Below, one piece after another: positions 50,101-62,500 of a stretch of DNA of 64,000 nt. The DNA comes from Callorhinchus milii. Its lineage: Eukaryota. Each line of letters opens with the position of its first letter. The first letter of the stretch is position 1. The translations under genes were made by a program, and so were the position numbers. Where the stretch lies: contig NW_024704766.1 of NCBI RefSeq assembly GCF_018977255.1, forward strand, positions 4,898,001 to 4,962,000, written 5' to 3'. The notes below the pieces were generated by a model, which worked only from the letters and a program-made list of their open reading frames with translations, did not search any database and was not told where the DNA came from.

Positions 50101-52227
50101 CACACACAAGCTCACACACACGTGCACGGAGCTGGAAACCAAACACAATTGGCATCTCTACCACAAAGCGCAGTTTCCGGGCTGATGGGGTGGGGAGTTG
50201 GTGGTGGGGGGGATGGGGGGGGGGGGGGGCGTGGGGAGCTGCTTCTGTATTTCACGTTATGAATTTATCACTAAACCAATCTCAAACCTGCAGTTTCTCT
50301 GGTTAACAACATTCTGTGGGCGGAAGATGTTGAGCTATATGTCTCACGTTCCTGGCGGGTTAAGCTCACCGAACACATCAGCAGAGAAGAGTTAATTTGC
50401 GTAAAAATACTTATTCATCGCAGAAATTAAATTGGTCCAATGTTGAACTGGTGATCTCTTACCCCACTCTGGAGCCACTCTGCACTAATCCCATTTCCCT
50501 GGCTCTTTCCCTTTCGGCTGTGCTGGTGCTCGCTCCTCACTCTATCCCCTTTCATTTCTCCATTCCCCTTGTAGGCTGACACGTGTTTTTTTGTTAAGAA
50601 ACTTAAACCGAGACTCTTTTAAATGTCATATTCCCAGCCACAAAGCTGGTTAATGTAAATGACTCTACGCGCCAGGGACAATACGGAGCCTGCGGTTAAC
50701 AACATCGACACCAACAACTTGCATTCACATAGCGTCCCTCACCCAGGACAGCGTCCCAGGGCGTCTGCGTGCAGTCTTGTACTCCCACTTGAGATAGAAA
50801 GAGCTGTGGTTACCTTGTGTATTGGACGTCATACAGAGCTGGTGTGGGGGAGTCTGAAGGTGGCCTCCAGTGTAGAATGTTTTCAGTATTCACAGAGACA
50901 AAATGAAGGTCCTCGGGAGCACTCAGACTGCTGTCAGCTCCTGTAACAACATTCAGACCGTCATCTATAATATAATAATCATAATAATGATCCTTGCAGT
51001 TGATATGGAGCCTTATCGCGTCTTCGAGACCTCTCAAAGCGATTCACAGGATATACTGTAAAGTGAATTGACTATATATTTTGTGGACGAAACGCAACAG
51101 CCAATTAATTGCGCACAGCAGCGTCCCCACAAACAGCCGTGGATTGAGTGATCAAATTGTTTTTAATTCCAATCCAATTATACCAATAGCACTTTTATTT
51201 AAATCAGACCGTCAGTTTCTTGCTAATGATAAAAATGATAAAAGTCCTTTTCGTCTCTTCTAACCGTCCTTATTGCTAGTGAGTTAACAGTTAACAGTGC
51301 CCCCGGCGCACTACAAATAACTCAAGTTAAGCAGCAGAAAGAGAATAAGCAAAGAAAATATAGCTCGGTTTACATAAACTAAAGGGAAAGGAGTGGAGAT
51401 GGGCCTCATGGCTCTACCAACTCTTTCAGGAGGGAGGGAATACAGGAGAGATCCATCCAAATATCATACAAATATTCCACCTCTTTATTTTCATCCCCAA
51501 AATACAGGCAATTCAATTTACAGTATAGTCTGTGAAGCGCTTTGAGACGTCTCAAAGACATGATAATGCGCTACACCAAATGTAAGGAGTTTATTATTGT
51601 TCATCCCATCAAAACTATCTGTCAGAAATGCACAGAAAACCACTTGACACTCCCTGGCTTATTCAGAAAGTTGTCTAGCAACACTTGGTTGGTTCTCAAA
51701 ACACTTTTTTTGCAGCAATATTCACACGGCAATGCTCTCTATAATAACAATAATAATCCTTGCCTTTGACATAGCACCTTATCGCGTCTCAAAGCGCTTC
51801 ACAGGATATACTGCAAAGTGAATTTAGTGCTTTCTCGAGCATACAGTGATGTGGCTCAGATATTTCCGTGACTAACACTGCATCGACTTCAGTATACCAC
51901 TCACTACAATAATTCGCAGAGGGGGAGAGAGAGAGAGAAACACACAGAACACACACACACACACACACACACAGGCCGTCTCAAACTTCATTTCCACTTG
52001 TTTCAACTTAAAACAAGAAAGATTTCGATAAGTAAGATAGACAGGTACAGACGCGGACAGACACTGAATAAACAGGAGGGAAGGGTTAAACTGAACTGGT
52101 TTTATTCACGAAGAGCTGGCTGATCGGTTTAACAACGTCGGTATGTGCATATATATACAACTAGAAAAAGTTGCTTACCGGAGAGGCTGGCAAGGCACAG
52201 GAGAATCGCTGTAACTCTGAACGCCAT
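44143..52227 (-). CDS. IL10RA: Class II cytokine receptor, IL-10 receptor alpha-like; spliced CDS span, 7 exons, ~490 aa
   Basis: Exons 52227-52179 (signal MAFRVTAILLCLASLS), 50940-50814 (APEDLHFVSVNTENILHW..YDVQY), 47767-47589 (WIEVPHCTHISNWSCDLT), 47326-47160, 46416-46260 (YCVSVQ...SSEKC), 45826-45699 (TM + box1-like PEIPSVL), 44808-44143 (intracellular, with YMQQ and GYQKQ YxxQ motifs). Intron phases 1-2-1-0-1-0 are the canonical class II helical cytokine receptor pattern. The IL10RA name rests on the long cytoplasmic tail, the YxxQ motifs and synteny with SMIM35/TMPRSS4. Confidence 0.82.
46555..46930 (-). mobile_element. tRNA-derived SINE in an IL10RA intron
   Basis: Same family, full length. 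Further copies or tails lie at ~18985-19318, 21112-21385, 26660-27015, 29235-29533, 48835-49197, 56030-56330, 60725-61005 and 62810-63195, plus many tail-only fragments. Confidence 0.8.
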
Positions 52228-53154
52228 TTCTCTCTCTCTCTCTCTCAGTCAGTTAAAGTTCCAGCTTCTCTCAGTGCTTCACCAAGGAACATTCAGACAC
52301 ACTGAGTGTTTCAGCTTCAGTGAAACGCGTGGGAGGGGTAGTTTAATGCATCAGTTCTCTTTCGTCAGTTTCAAGGGGCGGTTTTCAAACAGCACAGAAA
52401 ATCCCACCCTGAGCTGGACAAAAAAAGGGGAATTTGGTTCCTCAGAGAGGACCACAGTTTAACATCTCTTTTGAAGAGCTGCATATTTGACACTGTAATG
52501 CCCCCACCCTCTAGTAATGCACTGATAGGTCAGACCAAACTCGGAGTTGAAAGTCCTGATGTGGGCTGGAAGCCACAAAGGTCTTACTCAGAGGTTTACA
52601 AGATGTTAGCCAAATATATACGTGTGTATTTAGGTTTGTGAAGGCAGACAGACCGTGGATTTACAACAACATGCGTTCATACAGCACACCCTCACCCAAG
52701 CTGTTCGTGGGTGGCAGCTGCGAGCTCTTAAGGCAAGGGTCAATGGTGGTGGAGAAGGAAGGAGGGAGGGAATGAGCTGGAGATGTCCAGATAGGGAGAC
52801 CTATGTGAAACCATACAAAACACCCCAGTGTTTGAGGTATATTTCACGATGAGTTGATTGTGAAGCTGCTGCTATTTTGAGCATCGAAAAGGTTAGAACA
52901 AGAAACGTTTTGAGACGTCTCAACATTATAGTCAGCGGATATATCCTGAGAGGTTGGTGGAAGCCGATTCGATAATATCTTTTAAGAGAGAAGTAGATCA
53001 TTATTTGGGGAGGACACGTTTGTAGGGCTATGGGGAGAGAGTGGGGAATGGGATTGATTTGAGCAGCTCTTTTCAAAAAACCAAGCACAGACACGATGAC
53101 ATCGAATGGCCTCCTTCTGTCCTGTATAACTCTATGATTCTATGGTATCAAATC

Positions 53155-53595
53155 CAACAACAACAACAACAACAAGATTCTATTTATTGAGCGCCTTTCA
53201 CGTCAGGAGGACGTCCCAAGGTGCTGTACAGTTGGGTCAGGACCCGAGCAGGGGGAAATGGTCAGGGTGAGGGGGGGGAAGGGAGGGAGCGAGGAGGGGG
53301 TGGAGAGTCGAGAGGGGAGCTGAAGGCTGAAGGTCAAAGAGAAAGGTCTTGAGACCGGCCTTGAAGGAGGAAAGGGAGGAAGCGGCGAAGGCACTGGGGA
53401 TGGAGTTCCAGAGCCTCGGGGCTGAGAGGCTGAAGGCCCGGCCACCGATGGTAGGGCGGTTGGGGCGGGGGATGTGGAGCAGACCGGAGCCAGAGGAACG
53501 GAGGGTACGGGCGGGTAGGTAGGGGGATAGTAGGTCGGAGAGGTAGGAGGGAGCGAGGCCGTGAATGGCCTTGTAGGTGAGGGTGAGGATTTCAT
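53155..53595 (-). mobile_element. L2 LINE 3' fragment with (TTG)n tail
   Basis: ILTLTYKAIHGLAPSYLSDLL...FKAGLKTFLF; very similar to 58070-58510. Confidence 0.85.
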
Positions 53596-55124
53596 CATCG
53601 TTGAAAAGTCTCAGAAAGGTAATTTCACCAGAAAGAAAAGCCTTGAATAGCTTTGCGGACCAAGATTTAAAAATGAAATCGAACTTCATGTAGGTAAATA
53701 CAGCCAGTAACCGCACACGTAGAAAAAACACAGCAAAGTGGCAGGTGACAACATAGCTATAATCTTATCTCAAGACTCAGATAACATGACAAGCTGCCCG
53801 GGGTGGCTCGGCACACTTTATCTTAACCGTCCACCTCCTAAATATTTAATCTGCTTCCATTTCCTGCAATTATAATAACCTTGTATTTGGCACAGCACCT
53901 TCAACGTGAAAGTCATAAAAAAAACTTTACAGGTTATCGCCGTCAGGTGCAGTGACTGTAGACAGATGGGACGGCCACATTACGGACAGCAAGGCCCTAA
54001 AAGCAGCCATAAGAACATAAGAATTTGCCAGGCAAAAAGGTCCATCTATTGCACCTTCCACCATACTCGCCAGTCACTTAAAATGTCATGCCCCAAACTT
54101 TATACGGTCTCCCCCAGATATTATTTTCTAACAGAAATCTATCTAATTTGTTCTTCAAGCAAACGACACTTTCTTCTTCCACCAGGGAGCCTGTTCCATA
54201 AGTTTACTACTCTCTCACTGAAGTAGCGTTTCTACAATTTATTCAGAACTCCCCACCCACCACCACCCCCACACCCTCTCCCCGCACCTTCAATTGCAGG
54301 CCAAGTTCTCTGGTTCTACTGTTCAGTGCAAGATAAATTAGCATGGAGTGAATGGCCGATTTAGCGGGAGGGATCCTGGCAGAAACTGCCTAATCTTTTT
54401 CAGTTGTGTCACAGGATATTCGACATCCATCTCTGAACAGGTGGAGACACTGTTTATCTGAAGAACACAATCACTGACGTTGCAGTGGACCCCAATACTA
54501 CACGAGGATTGTCAGCCCGGACTGCGAGCACAAGTCGTGGAACTTTTGACCTTGAGACTACCAAAAGACCATTTTTCCCTATTTATGTATCTGTTTACAT
54601 GAAACGGTTATTTATACATTAACTGAAACTGCATGTAAAGATATGGGGAATTTCCCTGCTTAAATCTGGTGCAAAATTAGTCAATCGGGGTACTGAGGCT
54701 GATTGGGGCACAATACTAAGCATAGATATCTAGTTGTTCTAGGATTACCCAGTAAAGCAAGTTATTTTGATAAATTCATTAAAAAAAGCAGTGGTAATAA
54801 CTTAGAAGTTTCTGTCAAATGATCATATAGATCGAAGCCATTCTCTTTCCCTTTGTCGCCCCCCGTTTTGCTTCCCCTTTCCATCTCATTGCACGGGTTG
54901 GTTTATGAAGTCAGGCTGTTTCTTTTCATTTCTCTATTCTTCTGGTAACGGGAAAAAAATACTTTGAAATTTTTGTGTTTCACGGTTTGAGTTCCTGTTA
55001 TTATAAGGAGTGAATCATAAACCATCAGCATGTACACCCAAGATACTGGGGGGAGAAGGGGACTCCGAGCCTGCAATTGTATTTCACTAACGATTAACCA
55101 ATTCCATTAACAAAACAACAAGAT

Positions 55125-55985
55125 TACATTTGTATAGCGTCGGGAGGACGTCCCAAGGCGCTGGACAGAGTACAGCATGTCAGACCCGAGCTGGGGTTGG
55201 GGGGTGTAAGGGAGGGGAGGGGAAGGAGGGAGGCCGATGGAATGGTCGCAGAGGAGGGTCTTGAGGCGGGACTTGAAGGAGGGGGCGAGGCGGTGTGACT
55301 GGGAGATGGAATTCCAGAGGTTGGGGGCAGAGAGACTGAAGGCTCTCCCGCCAATGGTGGGGCGGGTGGGTCGGGGGACGTGGAGCAGGGCAGAGCCGGC
55401 TGAGCGGAGGGAATGGGCCAGGTTAGTAGGGGGTTAGGAGGTGGCAGAGGTAGGGTGAGGCGAGGCCATGGAGGACTTTGTATGTGAGGACCAGGATCTT
55501 GAACTGGATCCTCTGAAGGATATGGAGGCAGTGGAGTCGGGCGAGAGTGGGGGAGATGGGGTCATGGAGTTTGGTGTGGGAGAGGACATGGGCTGCGGAG
55601 TTCTGGATTATCTGCAGCCTGTGGAGGGAGGGGTTGGGAAGGCCGACAAGCAGGGCGTTTGCGTAGTCGAGCCTGGAGGTGATGAAGGCATGAAGAAGAG
55701 TTTCAGCGGTTGAGGGATGAGGTAGTGGCGGAGTTGGGCGATGTTATGGAGGTGAGGGAAGGCAGAGCGGGTCATGGCTTGAATGTGGGGGAGAAAAGAC
55801 AGTTGAGGGTCGAACAAGACACCTCGGTTCCTGACTGGCGGTGAGTTGTAGCGTACCACCATGGAGGGTGATGCTACCGGAGCCTGAGGGTGCGGAGGTG
55901 CTGATGTGAGCCAATCAGGAGGGCCTCAGTCTTGTTCACATTCAACTGTAGGAAATTTTCCCTCATCCCGGGGACTTGATGTCAA
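55125..55985 (-). mobile_element. L2 LINE 3' fragment
   Basis: Homologous to 57600-58510 in reverse (RNRGVLFDPQLSFLPHI...), with the same 3' stem-loop tail. Confidence 0.85.
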
Positions 55986-56749
55986 TATTAACTCAATCCT
56001 TTAAGATCCGAAGTAGGTTTAAGCACTGGAGCACTATAATAATAATTGTACTTTTATAGCGCCTTATCACGTCTCGAAGGGCTTCACAAAATAAATTGCA
56101 ACGTGGATTGACTGTGCGTATTTTGTGGGAAAAAGCACACCTGTGTCCCACAAACAGCCGTGGATTGAGTGACCAAATTATTATTATTTTTGAAGGAATT
56201 ATTACTCCCGGAAAGCGATTCGCCAACTGACCAACAACCGGGTTCCTGCTTGCCTGCTAGGGAAACAGGAGCGCGCGGAGTAAAGAAACTTGCCGAAGAT
56301 TTCACCCTGCCTGGGAACCGAACCAGGTCCAAATGAACCGATGAAACGATGAGGAAGCGGCAAGGCTGGATAAAAATCCCGTCATCCTTGAACAAAGTAA
56401 AGTAAAATAAAAGTCAGAGAGGGATTGGAGGCAGAAGGTCGTAACTGAAAGCAAAAATGTTACAGTCGCTGAGTGATCACAAAAAGCATTAACCTTGACA
56501 TGGCTGAGTGTGAACTTATTATAGAACAGTTGAAGTTTGTGACCTCAAAAGAAACCCCACTGCCGTCAACAATCAAGTGGTTATGTAACTCGTTGGATCG
56601 TGCTTCAAGTGTTTGAAGTGGCTTGGAATAGAAGAGCTGTTGTTTCCGAGAGACGAAAGAAATTGGGTCGTGGAATTTAATTGTAGATTAGGAACAGGAA
56701 GGGAGTTCCTTTGGAGATATGGTAATAGTACATTGTGTGGATAGAGGAA

Positions 56750-58510
56750 ACAATCTCTGCCTTGGAGTCCTCTGAACGCCTCTCGCTCTGGCCTTCATCC
56801 CTCACTGATCCCTCTTCTCCTCTCACCCTCCTCCACAACACCCTCTCCTCCGCACTCGACGCTCTTGCCCCCATCACCTGCCGTACTGTCTCCTATTCTC
56901 GCTCCTCCCCCTGGTTCACCACCCACCCCCGCTCACTGAAGAGCCAGGTGCGGGCCGCTGAACGCACCTGCCTCAAATCTGGCCTTACGGTCCACCGGCA
57001 AATCTTGCTGGACCTCCTCAAGACCTACCGCTCCACTCTAGCCTCGGCCAAGTCGTCCTTCTACTCCAGGATAATCCTGGAGGCGAAGTACAACCCCGGG
57101 CTTGATGCGTCGCAGCTATCAAGCTACCGGCCCATCTCCAACCTCCCCTTCCTGTCCAAGGTTCTCGAAAGGGTCGTCGCCTCCCAGCTGCGCTCTTTCC
57201 TCTCCACCCACTTTTGGAACCCCTCCAGTCGGGTTTCCGTGCTGCCCATTCGATACGGTCGACCACTCTATCCTCCTCCACCGCTTGTCCTCCCACCTCA
57301 ACCTTCAAGGCCCTGTCCTTGAGTGGTTTAGGTCGTACCTCTCCCACCGTCTTCATTTTGTCTCCGCTAACGGCTTTTCCTCCACCCCCCGCACTGTCTC
57401 GTGCGGTGTCCCTCAGGGCTCTGTTCTCGGTCCCTTCCTCTTCACCCACTGTATGCTCCCCCTGTGGTGACAGCATCCGCAGACATGGGGTTAACGTCCA
57501 CATGTATGCGGATGACACCCAACTCTACCTTTCCTCCTCTACCCTCAACTCCACGAGCCCCGATGTCCTGACAGCTGTCTGTCCGACATCGAGTCCTGGA
57601 CGAGAGACAACTTTCTTCAGCTCAACGTGCGAAAAACCGAGGCCCTCCTGATTGGCTCACGTCAGCGCCTCCGCACCTCAGGCACTGACAGCATCAGCAT
57701 CCAAGGCTGCACTCTCCACCTCTCAAAGCCATCAGGAACCTCGGGGTTCTGTTCGACCCTGAGCTGTCCTTTCTTCCCCATATCCGCACCACAACTGGCA
57801 CCGCCTTCCATCACCTCCAAAACATCGCCAGACTACGGCACTACCTCACCCCTCACACGGCTGAAACTCTGGTCCACACCTTTATCACCTCAAGGCTGGA
57901 CTATGGGAACTCTCTCCTCACCAGCCTTCCCGGTCCTCCCTCCACACTGCAGGTCATTCAGAACTCTGCAGCTCGTGTACTGTCCCGCACCAGACACCGC
58001 GACCACATCACTCCCGCCCTCGCCCTCACTCGCCTCCACCGGCTCCCCATCCCCCAGAGGATCGAATTCAAGATCCTCATCCTCACCTCCAAGGCCATTC
58101 ACGGCCTCGCTCCCTCCTACCTCTCCAACCTACTATCCCCCTACTTACCTACTCATAACCTCCGTTCCTCTGGCTCCGGTCTGCTCCACATCCCCCGCCC
58201 CAACCGCCCTACCATCAGTGGCCGGGCCTTCGGCCTCTCAGCCCCGAGGCTCTGGAACTCCATCCCCCAGTGCCTTCGCCGCTTCCTCCCTTTCCTCCTT
58301 CAAGGCCGGTCTCAAGACCTTTCTCTTTGACCGTGCCTTCAGCTCCCCTCTCGACTCTCTACCCCCTCCTCGCTCCCTCCCTTCCCTCCCTCACCCTGAC
58401 CATTTCCCCCTCCTCGCTCCCTCCCTTCCCTCCCCTCACCCTGACCATTTCCCCCCCTGCTCAGGTCCCAACCCAACTGTCCAGCGCCTTGGGACGTCCT
58501 CCCGACACCG
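56750..58510 (+). mobile_element. L2-clade LINE, 3' part of ORF2 (reverse transcriptase), degenerate
   Basis: Frameshifted RT motifs [41 protein letters not shown] and HMYADDTQLY, followed by an L2-type C-terminal region and a 3' tail CCAGCGCCTTGGGACGTCCTCCCGAC. Confidence 0.9.
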
Positions 58511-59559
58511 CAATGGTGCTTGTAACGACAACTTGCATTTATACCGCGCCCTTCACTCAGGGTAGGGTCCCAGAGCACGACCCCGAGGCAGGGGGAGTAA
58601 CAGGCCAGAGACCTTGATGTGTAAGATTCTGTACAAAAATACTGCAAAACTATATAAATGTGACCACTGACATCTGCACACTTTGATGAGCAGAAAAATA
58701 TACATCTGACCAGTTTCGTAGATGACTACATGTTTTCCAGCCAAGAAGTAGCCAGACCGCATTTTTAAATACAATTTAATTTTGAAAAACATGTCTCACA
58801 TGCGTTTATAATAATAATAAAAGTTAACTTGCAGTCAAAACTGTAGGCATCATTTAATCTTAATCTCAGGATTCCACCAGATAAACTAAACCTTTTATAA
58901 TATTACTTCTTGCATTTGGTATTACACCCTAGAATGTGAAAACGTCTCAAAGCAATCTGCAGGAAACTGCTATCAAGTGTAGTGACTGTATATCTCTAGG
59001 CAAATCTTTGCCTTGCACCTGCACACAAAATATTTGTTGATGTTAGGGTTCAACTGCTCAAAATACACTACATTTTTCACCCCAGTGAGTCTCTATAACG
59101 GTTAAAAGCTTCTGGTGTTCACTAATCAGTTTATTTTGTACCATGTTTTTGAACAGATAATAATATTAACAATCCTAGCATTATAGCGCCTCATTACGTC
59201 TTCAAGACGTCTCAAAAGAATATACTGTAAAGTATGTTCGCTTCACAGAATATGCTGTAAAGGGTATATTGTAGGCGAAACGCGACAGCCAATTACTCCC
59301 AGCAGTGTCCCACAAATAGTCATGGATTGAGTGACCAAATTATTATTATTTCTGCTTTGAAGGGATTATTCTCCTTTGATTACTCACAAATTTGCTGACT
59401 GTGACATTTGCATTCTGTGTGAGGCTTTCAGTGTAACTGTCTCCATGTCACAGGGTGTCACTTTCATACCTCAAGGTGCTAAAAGCGGAACTAAATCTCG
59501 AAATGTTAACTGATAATGAGATGAAGATGTTTAATTTACTGGTGATTTAGTGCATTGAA

Positions 59560-62500
59560 CTAAAACTCCTCTTTCTGAGGGATCCAGATAGTATTCCCCA
59601 GTTTAGTGCAAGTTCCATTTTTATCATAACAAAGGAAATCTTCCAAGTAATCCCGATTATTCCGGAACTCCTGGTAAATTTCTTCTTCTGTCAACTCCCC
59701 AGATATGCCTGGCACATTTTGTACAACCTGTGGGAAGGATATGCAGAGGTATTAATAATAATAATAATCCTTGCATTTGATAAAAACGCCTTATCACATC
59801 TTCTAGACATCGCAAAGAGCCAACAAAATATACAGTCAATTCACTTTACAGTATATTCGGTAAAGTGCTTTGAAACATCTCGAAGGAGTGATAAGGCGCT
59901 ATATCAAATAGAAGGGTTATTAGTATAACACAGAACATTGTCAGCACAGGAATGGGTCACGTCTCTTAATCATGTCAATTAATCATTGTGCAGTGTGCTT
60001 CAACAGGTGTTTTTTTACTTGTAAGTTGCACTATGAATGTCAGTTACTGTTACACTTGCAATGGCTTATCGTTATAACTGTTGTTAATGGAATAAAACTT
60101 GGTATCAATAGTCATTATTTTTTTCCGAACTTCCACAATAAAATGAGTCAAGTTTTCACCTTGCTGGCCAGGGTCCACTCGTCATCATCACACCCGGATG
60201 TTCCTCAGTCTCTAGTCCTGGGCCTGACAATCGCTTAACACCATTCACTTCCATTACTCCGTAGCTGCAAAATACAAATACATGTAAATAGAACACAGGA
60301 CAACTATCATTTGCCTACAGGCTAGTAAGATACAAATGAGTTAACCGCAGTAGAATACGTGCGTTGAAACCCTAAAGGAATAATTTACCGCGAGCCGATC
60401 GCTCCCATTCTCGCCCGGCTCCACATCCCCCAGAGGATAGCGTTCACGATTCTCATCCATCCTCCACTCTGCCGTCGGGCCTTCAGCTTTTCCGTCCCCT
60501 CTCTCTGGAACTCCGTCCCAGAGCCCATTCACTTCGTCCCTTTCCTCGCCTCCTTCACAGTCCGTCTCAAAACCTCCCTCTTTGACCGTTCCTTCGGTCA
60601 TCTTCCCAGCCCACCCCTCCTTCTCAAATCCAACCCCCAGCTCGGATCAAACCCTTGACTGTCCAGCGCCTTGGTGTGTCCTCCCGATGTGAAAGGCAAT
60701 ATATTAATGTAAATATATTGTGCAGTCCTGGACCTCAGTGGTTAGAGCGCTCGCCTTGCAAGGGACGCCTGAGTTCGAGAAGTAGGAACCCGGTTGTTAG
60801 TCGATTGTTGGATTACTTTTCCGGGGTTAATAATTCCTTAAAAAAATAATAAATTGGTCACTCAATCCATGAGTGTTTGTGGGACGCTGCTGTGCGCAAT
60901 TGGCTGCCGCGTTTCGCCTACAAAATATAGTCAATTCACTTTACAGAATATTCTGTGAAGCGCTTGAGACATATTGAAGACGTGATAATGCAAGGATTAT
61001 TATTATATAAATATAAATTGTTGTTGTTACCAACACTCACATTTCCCAGCTCTGACTGCAACAAAGATCCAGTGTCTCAATGTAATCAGATTCGCTCAAT
61101 TGTGCTTTCCCCTCTTTCACCGCAGAGATTTTAGATTCTTTTTTCGAAAGGTATTCCTGAATCTTTACAGTCCATGGAAAGGAAAGGAAAGGAAAGAAAT
61201 ATTTAAATCGGTCGTTTTAATTTGGTGATGCATAAGCCTGTATTGAAAGGAACATTAAGAGGAAGTCGGTTCTTTCATCAAATTAACTGAGAAAATAACG
61301 CTATGCAAATTCCCTGCTGTACTTGCCCACAAATACAGTCACTGCTTCACGTAAATTCTGTCGAATTTATTTGAATGCATTTCAACAGGAAAGGTGCCGT
61401 GTTTCGTCGACAAAATGTCCAGTCAATTCACTTTACAGTATATTCTGTGAAGCGCTTTGAGACGTCTCGAAGGCATAAGGTGCTGTATCAAATACAAGAA
61501 TTATTTTTATGCTCTTCTTATTCTTATTGCTGACAGAGCAATTCAAATCATCCCTTAAATCATAATGAATGTCGCCATATTTTGGCGAGTTGTCGACTGT
61601 AAACAGGAATGAACAGAAAAGTGCATATAAGGATCAGGTACTGGGATTTCTGCAGAATTTAAAAAGTAATGTATCTCTCGGTCCCTGCTTGAGGGAAATC
61701 CCTTTCACTGTCTGATACTGAATCTATGCTTCCTGTTAATGGAGGATTACTCAAAACAATCTACCAGGTTCCATTTAAACTTGGAAAAAATACAACTCGC
61801 ATGACTGATATCTACTCAAACATACATCCTAGACACTCTTCACAAAGAACTTAGCAATGTCCTCTGTGTTATGGTTGTGTGCCCTTCACTGATGGGGAAA
61901 ATATTGAATTGAGTGCTGGCCATGTTGCTAAAACAATATGCTTTTCTTTTGCTCAAAAGCCCAAGGTCTGTGAAGAGTAAACTTTATTACTTTCACGACC
62001 TAACCATAATAACTTTTTAAAAATATATATTGATGTGAATGGGTTGCAGCGGTGCAGATTCACCAGGCAGGTGGATAAGTGGTCATGGTCTTATTTAAGA
62101 AGCAACTTCAAACTGTAATGGAAAGATCAGTGTAGATTTAGATTTATCTGAATGTGTAGAGTGTAGATTTATCTACATACACTCTATACTTTACAGAATA
62201 ATCTGTGAATCACTTTGAGCCATTGTGATAAAATAAAGTGCTGTATCCAATGCAAAGATTATTATTATTATTATGGAACTATGGGATCACATGGGCCTTT
62301 CTTTATCCCCTCTACTTTTCTTGTGATCGTACAAAGCAAAAGGTTCCAAAGAGCGCTATTTGCATCTCCAAATAAGTTATCATTGAATCGTAGAATTTTA
62401 CAGCACAAAGGAGGCCATTCAGCCTATCGTGCCTGTGCCGGTCCTTTGAAAGAGCTCCCAACTTCCCCGCTCTTACCCCATAGCCCTGTACACAGTTCCT

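Noticed and set aside
56735-58565. Intact reverse transcriptase gene or novel RT system
   Set aside because: Multiple frameshifts, an internal deletion and 5' truncation; an ordinary dead L2 copy.
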